A stretch of 63,953 nucleotides of DNA, counting the filler. It is 5 parts of 5 records of this genome, joined end to end, with 100 filler letters (N's around TTAATTAATTAA, not from the genome) between each part and the next. Parts side by side here need not be neighbours in the genome. Positions count along the whole stretch, not along the records: positions 58,756 to 63,953 come from DRR723986_7250; 4 more parts are not named here. One strand, given 5' to 3'. The notes below the pieces were generated by a model. That model saw nothing but the letters and a program-made list of their open reading frames with translations. It made no database searches and had not been told where the DNA came from. Positions 60,326 through 63,953 of the stretch are shown here, in pieces. Both the position numbers and the translations under genes were made by a program. The stretch's first letter is position 1. Every line of letters starts with the position of its first letter.

Positions 60326-61750
60326 TCAGGGCAGCCAGCGTTGCACCAGCCTGACCACTTGTTTCACCCTTGGATTATCAAACAACCGTGGCGAGAAATA
60401 GCCCCCCACTGCGCGCTTGTTCATCTCCCATAGCGTGGGATAGGGCGCCACCATGCTGGCCAGGGCCGCCATTTTCATGCGCTGGGCAATGGCCAGCGAC
60501 CACAGGCCAATCAGCTCGCCCGCCTGCGCCCCCACGATCGAGGCCCCCACCGGGCGGCCGCGCACCACCATCAGCTTTAGCAGGCCCGCCCCCTGCCCCG
60601 TGGCCAGCGCCCGATCGTTTTGGGCCATATCCACCCGCACCACCTGCAGCGCATCGCCATGGGTTGCGCGGGCCTCGGCCTCGGTCAGGCCCACCTGCGC
60701 CAGTTCCGGCGCGGTATAGGTGACACGGGGCAAATGCGCCGTGCTGTGGCGGGCGGGCAGCCCAAACAGAATTTCGCGTATCACCAGCCCCGCGTGATAG
60801 CCTGCAACATGGGTAAACTGCATGCCGCCGGCCACATCGCCAATGGCATAAACCCGGCGATTGCTGCTGCGCAGGCGGGCATCTACCTCGATACCGGCGG
60901 CCGTGCTGCGCACCCCGGCGGCCGGCAGGTTTAACTTCTCGATATTGGGGCGCCGCCCCACCGCCACCAGCAGATGGCTGCCCTGCAGGCGGCGGCCATC
61001 GGCCAGCTGCAGGCAAACCCCCGCATCATCCGCGCCCCGTTCAACCGCGCTGACCGCGCAGTTTTCGATGATCTCTATCCCCTCGGCCCGCAATTGCGCC
61101 AGCGCGATTGCGGCCAGCTCGGGGTCGTCACGGCCAAAGGCAGGCCCGGCATCTACCACGCTGACCGCACAGCCAAGGCGGCGATGGGCCTGGGCCATTT
61201 CCAAGCCAATGGGGCCTGCGCCCATAATCAGCAAATGCTGGGGTTTTTGCGGCAGTTTGAACAGGGTTTCATTGGTCAGATAGGGCACATCGGCCAGGCC
61301 CGGAATGGGCGGCACCACCGCGCGGGCACCCGTGGCCACCACGATACGGCGTGCGGTAATATGGGTGCCCCCCGCCTCGACACTGCGCGGCCCTGTAAAG
61401 CGGCCATAGGCGCGGATCACCTGCACCCCCAGCCCTTCGAAACGCTCTTGGCTGTCATGCGGGGCGATGGCGGCAATCACCCGCGCCACATGGGCCTGCG
61501 CCTGGGCATAATCTACCTGTGGGTCAGCGGGCGCCACACCCATCGGCCGGCCTGCCCCCATGGCATGGGCCGCATGGCCCGCCGCCAGCAATGCTTTCGA
61601 GGGCACGCAGCCATAGTTCAGGCAATCGCCCCCCATCTCGTGGCCTTCCAGCAGCACCACACGCGCGCCCATCTGCGCAGCCCCCGCCGCCACCGACAAC
61701 CCGCCCGAGCCTGCGCCGATCACCAACAGATCAGTTTTGATCACATCCAT
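60326..61750 (-). CDS. Class I flavoprotein disulfide reductase (LpdA/MerA-like family, function unassigned)
   Basis: Motifs IGAGSGG, GGDCLNYGCVPSK, GAGPIGLE and AIGDV. C-terminal APYPTL, with no MerA CC pair. Confidence 0.88.
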   Translation of the reverse strand: MDVIKTDLLVIGAGSGGLSVAAGAAQMGARVVLLEGHEMGGDCLNYGCVPSKALLAAGHAAHAMGAGRPMGVAPADPQVDYAQAQAHVARVIAAIAPHDSQERFEGLGVQVIRAYGRFTGPRSVEAGGTHITARRIVVATGARAVVPPIPGLADVPYLTNETLFKLPQKPQHLLIMGAGPIGLEMAQAHRRLGCAVSVVDAGPAFGRDDPELAAIALAQLRAEGIEIIENCAVSAVERGADDAGVCLQLADGRRLQGSHLLVAVGRRPNIEKLNLPAAGVRSTAAGIEVDARLRSSNRRVYAIGDVAGGMQFTHVAGYHAGLVIREILFGLPARHSTAHLPRVTYTAPELAQVGLTEAEARATHGDALQVVRVDMAQNDRALATGQGAGLLKLMVVRGRPVGASIVGAQAGELIGLWSLAIAQRMKMAALASMVAPYPTLWEMNKRAVGGYFSPRLFDNPRVKQVVRLVQRWLP

Positions 61751-61753
61751 CGC

Positions 61754-62488
61754 TTACAGCCCCTTTCGCCCACGCCAAACACTTAACCCCACGGGCAACA
61801 GCGCCAGCGCACACAGCCCCAGCAACGGGCCCAGGATATGAGGCTGGAAAATAACCCCCAAATCCGGGCGCGCCCCGGCGGCAAACACATCGCCCAGCCC
61901 AGCGCCCACCGAGGTATAAACCAGCCCAGCCGGGATAATGCCCAAAAATGTTGATACCGCGAAGCGCACCAAAGGCACCCCCACCAGGGCCGGCACGATA
62001 TTGGCCACGAAAAATGGCACGGCCGGCACCAGGCGAATCAAAAACAGCATCGACCACTGGTTTGTGTCGATCCCCTGTTTGATGCGCCCCACCAGACCGG
62101 GGCTGTTTTCCATACGCGCCGCCAGCCTTGCCCCAAAGCCCATGCGCACGGCGCTGAAAATCAGCACAGCGCCCAGGGTTGCCGCGCTGACATTCACCAC
62201 CGTGCCCACCCATGTGCCAAACAAAAAACCGCCCGTCAGCGTGGCCATCGTGGCACCGGGCAGCGAAAAGGCCACAATCAGCACGTAAAGCGCGACAAAC
62301 CCCGCAATGGTGGCGGCGTAATGGCTGTCGCGCAGCGCCAGCAATGTATCGCGATTGTCACGCAGCGCCTCGAAACTTAGCGTATCGCCCAGCGCCCAGG
62401 CGCCAATGGTGGCCCCGAGAGCTAACACAAACAAAGGGGCTGCACGCCGCAAGCGGCCCCGCGGCGGGTGGCTGTGATCTGGGTGCAT
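61754..62488 (-). CDS. TVP38/TMEM64 (DedA superfamily) membrane protein
   Basis: SLPGA...TLTGGFLFG, ATLGA and LIRLVPAVPFFVAN. Confidence 0.92.
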   Translation of the reverse strand: MHPDHSHPPRGRLRRAAPLFVLALGATIGAWALGDTLSFEALRDNRDTLLALRDSHYAATIAGFVALYVLIVAFSLPGATMATLTGGFLFGTWVGTVVNVSAATLGAVLIFSAVRMGFGARLAARMENSPGLVGRIKQGIDTNQWSMLFLIRLVPAVPFFVANIVPALVGVPLVRFAVSTFLGIIPAGLVYTSVGAGLGDVFAAGARPDLGVIFQPHILGPLLGLCALALLPVGLSVWRGRKGL

Positions 62489-62619
62489 GGGCGGGCTGGG
62501 TCCTTTTCATGGTTTGCGCCAAGATGCGCCCTTGCGCGCCGCTTTGATAGCCCGCTCACGCCAGCTTGATCGCAGCGGGCAGAAATGGCATTTTTGTTTC
62601 AATCCATGATCAAGCGGGT

Positions 62620-62648
62620 TTGACATATGCCCAGACCCCGCCTATAGA
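62620..62648 (+). promoter_or_regulatory. Sigma70 promoter of rpmH
   Basis: TTGACA-17 nt-TATAGA. Confidence 0.8.
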
Positions 62649-62741
62649 CCGGGCTTCGGAACACTGGCCCCGTGCGAATCTGCGCGGCTTGGTCGCTTAC
62701 ATACGACTGATGCAACATCAGACTGACCTGGAGACGGAGCG

Positions 62742-62876
62742 ATGAAACGCACCTACCAACCCTCGAACTTGGTTCGCAAGCGCCGCCACGGCTTTCGCGC
62801 GCGCATGGCAACCAAAGCTGGCCGCAAGATTCTTAACGCACGTCGCGCACGTGGCCGCAAAAGCCTGAGCGCCTGA
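62742..62876 (+). CDS. rpmH: 50S ribosomal protein L34 (not in the ORF track)
   Basis: Translated by hand: [51 protein letters not shown]. Confidence 0.98.
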
Positions 62877-62953
62877 TAGGCACGACCAGACGCAAATTTT
62901 GCCGCCGGTGGCCCCCAACCGCGCTGATGCGCCAAGGGGAAAACGCCCCCGGC

Positions 62954-63001
62954 GGCTTGCGTTTGTCTCGGCTTGCGTGTTCCTTTGGCTTGCGTTTGTC
63001 T
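62954..63001 (+). repeat. Three imperfect tandem copies of GGCTTGCGT(T/G)T
   Basis: GGCTTGCGTTTGTCT at 62954 and 62987, and GGCTTGCGTGTTCCT at 62970. Confidence 0.75.
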
Positions 63002-63023
63002 GTGCATCTGCGATTGGCGCGCC

Positions 63024-63365
63024 ATGGTCTATGATATTTTAAAAACCCGAGCCGATTTTCTGCAAGCCGCGCGCGCCTTGCGCCGCGGCACGCAAGGCAT
63101 GATGGTGCAGGCCCGCCCCCGTGGCGATGATAGCCTTGCCATTCGCGTGGGGTTTACCTGCTCGAAAAAAGTGGGCAACGCAGTGGCGCGCAACCGCGCC
63201 AAACGCCGCCTGCGCGAGGCCGCGCGCATGGTGCTGGCGCACCAAGGCCGCCCCGGCTGGGATTATGTGCTGATCGGGCGGCGCGATGAAACCGCAGCGC
63301 GCCCCTTTCCTGCCTTGCTCAGTGATCTGGAATTTGCCCTGAAAAAACTGCATCAGCAGGGGTAG
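63024..63365 (+). CDS. rnpA: Ribonuclease P protein component
   Basis: [32 protein letters not shown] (RNR motif) and DYVLIGR. Start codon uncertain. Confidence 0.95.
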   Translation: MVYDILKTRADFLQAARALRRGTQGMMVQARPRGDDSLAIRVGFTCSKKVGNAVARNRAKRRLREAARMVLAHQGRPGWDYVLIGRRDETAARPFPALLSDLEFALKKLHQQG

Positions 63366-63369
63366 GGCC

Positions 63370-63633
63370 ATGCGGATCTTTGCCCAAATTCTGGCACTGC
63401 CGATCCGGGCCTATCGGCTGCTATGGTCGCCCTGGGTGGGGCATAATTGCCGCTACCAGCCCACATGTTCGGCCTATGCGCTAGAGGCGCTGGAACGCCA
63501 TGGCGCGCTAAAGGGCGCTTGGCTGGCCATGCGCCGAATCGGGCGATGCCACCCGTTTGGTGCCAGCGGATACGATCCCGTGCCCCCCAAAAAAGGGCAA
63601 ACACCCCCGCAAAACCCACCCCCTGCCCCCTGA
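63370..63633 (+). CDS. yidD: Membrane protein insertion efficiency factor YidD
   Basis: [21 protein letters not shown]...[16 protein letters not shown]. Confidence 0.95.
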   Translation: MRIFAQILALPIRAYRLLWSPWVGHNCRYQPTCSAYALEALERHGALKGAWLAMRRIGRCHPFGASGYDPVPPKKGQTPPQNPPPAP

Positions 63634-63695
63634 AACACAGCCCGCGCCTGCGCCCCGTGCTTGCGGGGCGGGCGGGCTTGCACTAAGCGATAGCC

Positions 63696-63953
63696 ATGCT
63701 TGATGATGCCGACGAAATTCACCCGCTGTTCTATGGTGCCCCCAAAAGCACCGAGTTCAAAAAGCTGCGCAAACGCATCGTGCAACACACGCGCGAGGCG
63801 ATCGAGCAGTATGGCATGATCCAACCTGGCGCGCGCTGGCTGGTGTGCCTGTCGGGCGGCAAAGACAGCTATACTTTGCTGGCGGTGCTGCACGAGCTGA
63901 AATGGCGCGGCCTGCTGCCTGTCGATTTGCTGGCCTGCAATCTGGATCAGGGG
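63696..63953 (+). CDS. ttcA: tRNA 2-thiocytidine(32) synthetase TtcA, 3'-truncated (not in the ORF track)
   Basis: Translated by hand: [12 protein letters not shown]...EFKKLRKRI...[15 protein letters not shown]...LLACNLDQG. Confidence 0.92.
   Translation, partial: MLDDADEIHPLFYGAPKSTEFKKLRKRIVQHTREAIEQYGMIQPGARWLVCLSGGKDSYTLLAVLHELKWRGLLPVDLLACNLDQG

Noticed and set aside
60326-61750. Mercuric reductase MerA / mercury resistance
   Set aside because: No NmerA domain, no C-terminal CC pair and no mer genes nearby.

Overview
This window is five unrelated contigs joined by artificial 100-nt spacers (44 N + TTAATTAATTAA + 44 N at 17315-17414, 37909-38008, 51516-51615 and 58656-58755), so no synteny can be read across the joins. 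Taxonomic labels below are inferred from gene content and style. Contig 1 (1-17314, Roseobacter-group-like): recQ, yaaA, a hybrid histidine kinase, alpha-2-macroglobulin plus pbpC, an AEC transporter, a DUF1007 + His-rich NiCoT/RcnA-like pair, and the tail of a DUF4159-type operon. Contig 2 (17415-37908, Marinobacter-like): an EPS/PEP-CTERM locus (asnB-like amidotransferase, two GNATs, three glycosyltransferases, exosortase-EpsI fusion, a sigma54-driven PEP-CTERM gene, a PA14-Ca repeat-PA14-FN3 lipoprotein, prsK-prsR-prsT), then an atypical SDR/acyltransferase pair, a mutarotase and a 2OG-Fe(II) oxygenase. Contig 3 (38009-51515, Cellvibrionales-like): meaB, a YiiD/MadB-like hot-dog protein, patatin, ppsR/ppsA, a Rieske ferredoxin, a GNAT fusion, roxA, purB, hflD, mnmA, nudJ, rluE and icd. 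Contig 4 (51616-58655, Haliea-like): nrdA with DnaA and NrdR boxes, argF, argD, grxD, bfr/bfd with Fur boxes, a DsbA-like isomerase and proA. Contig 5 (58756-63953, Rhodobacteraceae): a truncated tRNA-Arg, a sensor kinase, a flavoprotein disulfide reductase, TVP38, rpmH, rnpA, yidD and ttcA. I saw no CRISPR array, prophage, transposase or defence island. The best candidate for an undescribed system is the two-component Ca2+-lectin-like ('flocculin-like') module inside the PEP-CTERM locus, with three matching TGT-N11-(A/G)CA boxes suggesting a local PrsR regulon. Second is a MadB-like decarboxylase candidate coupled to meaB.
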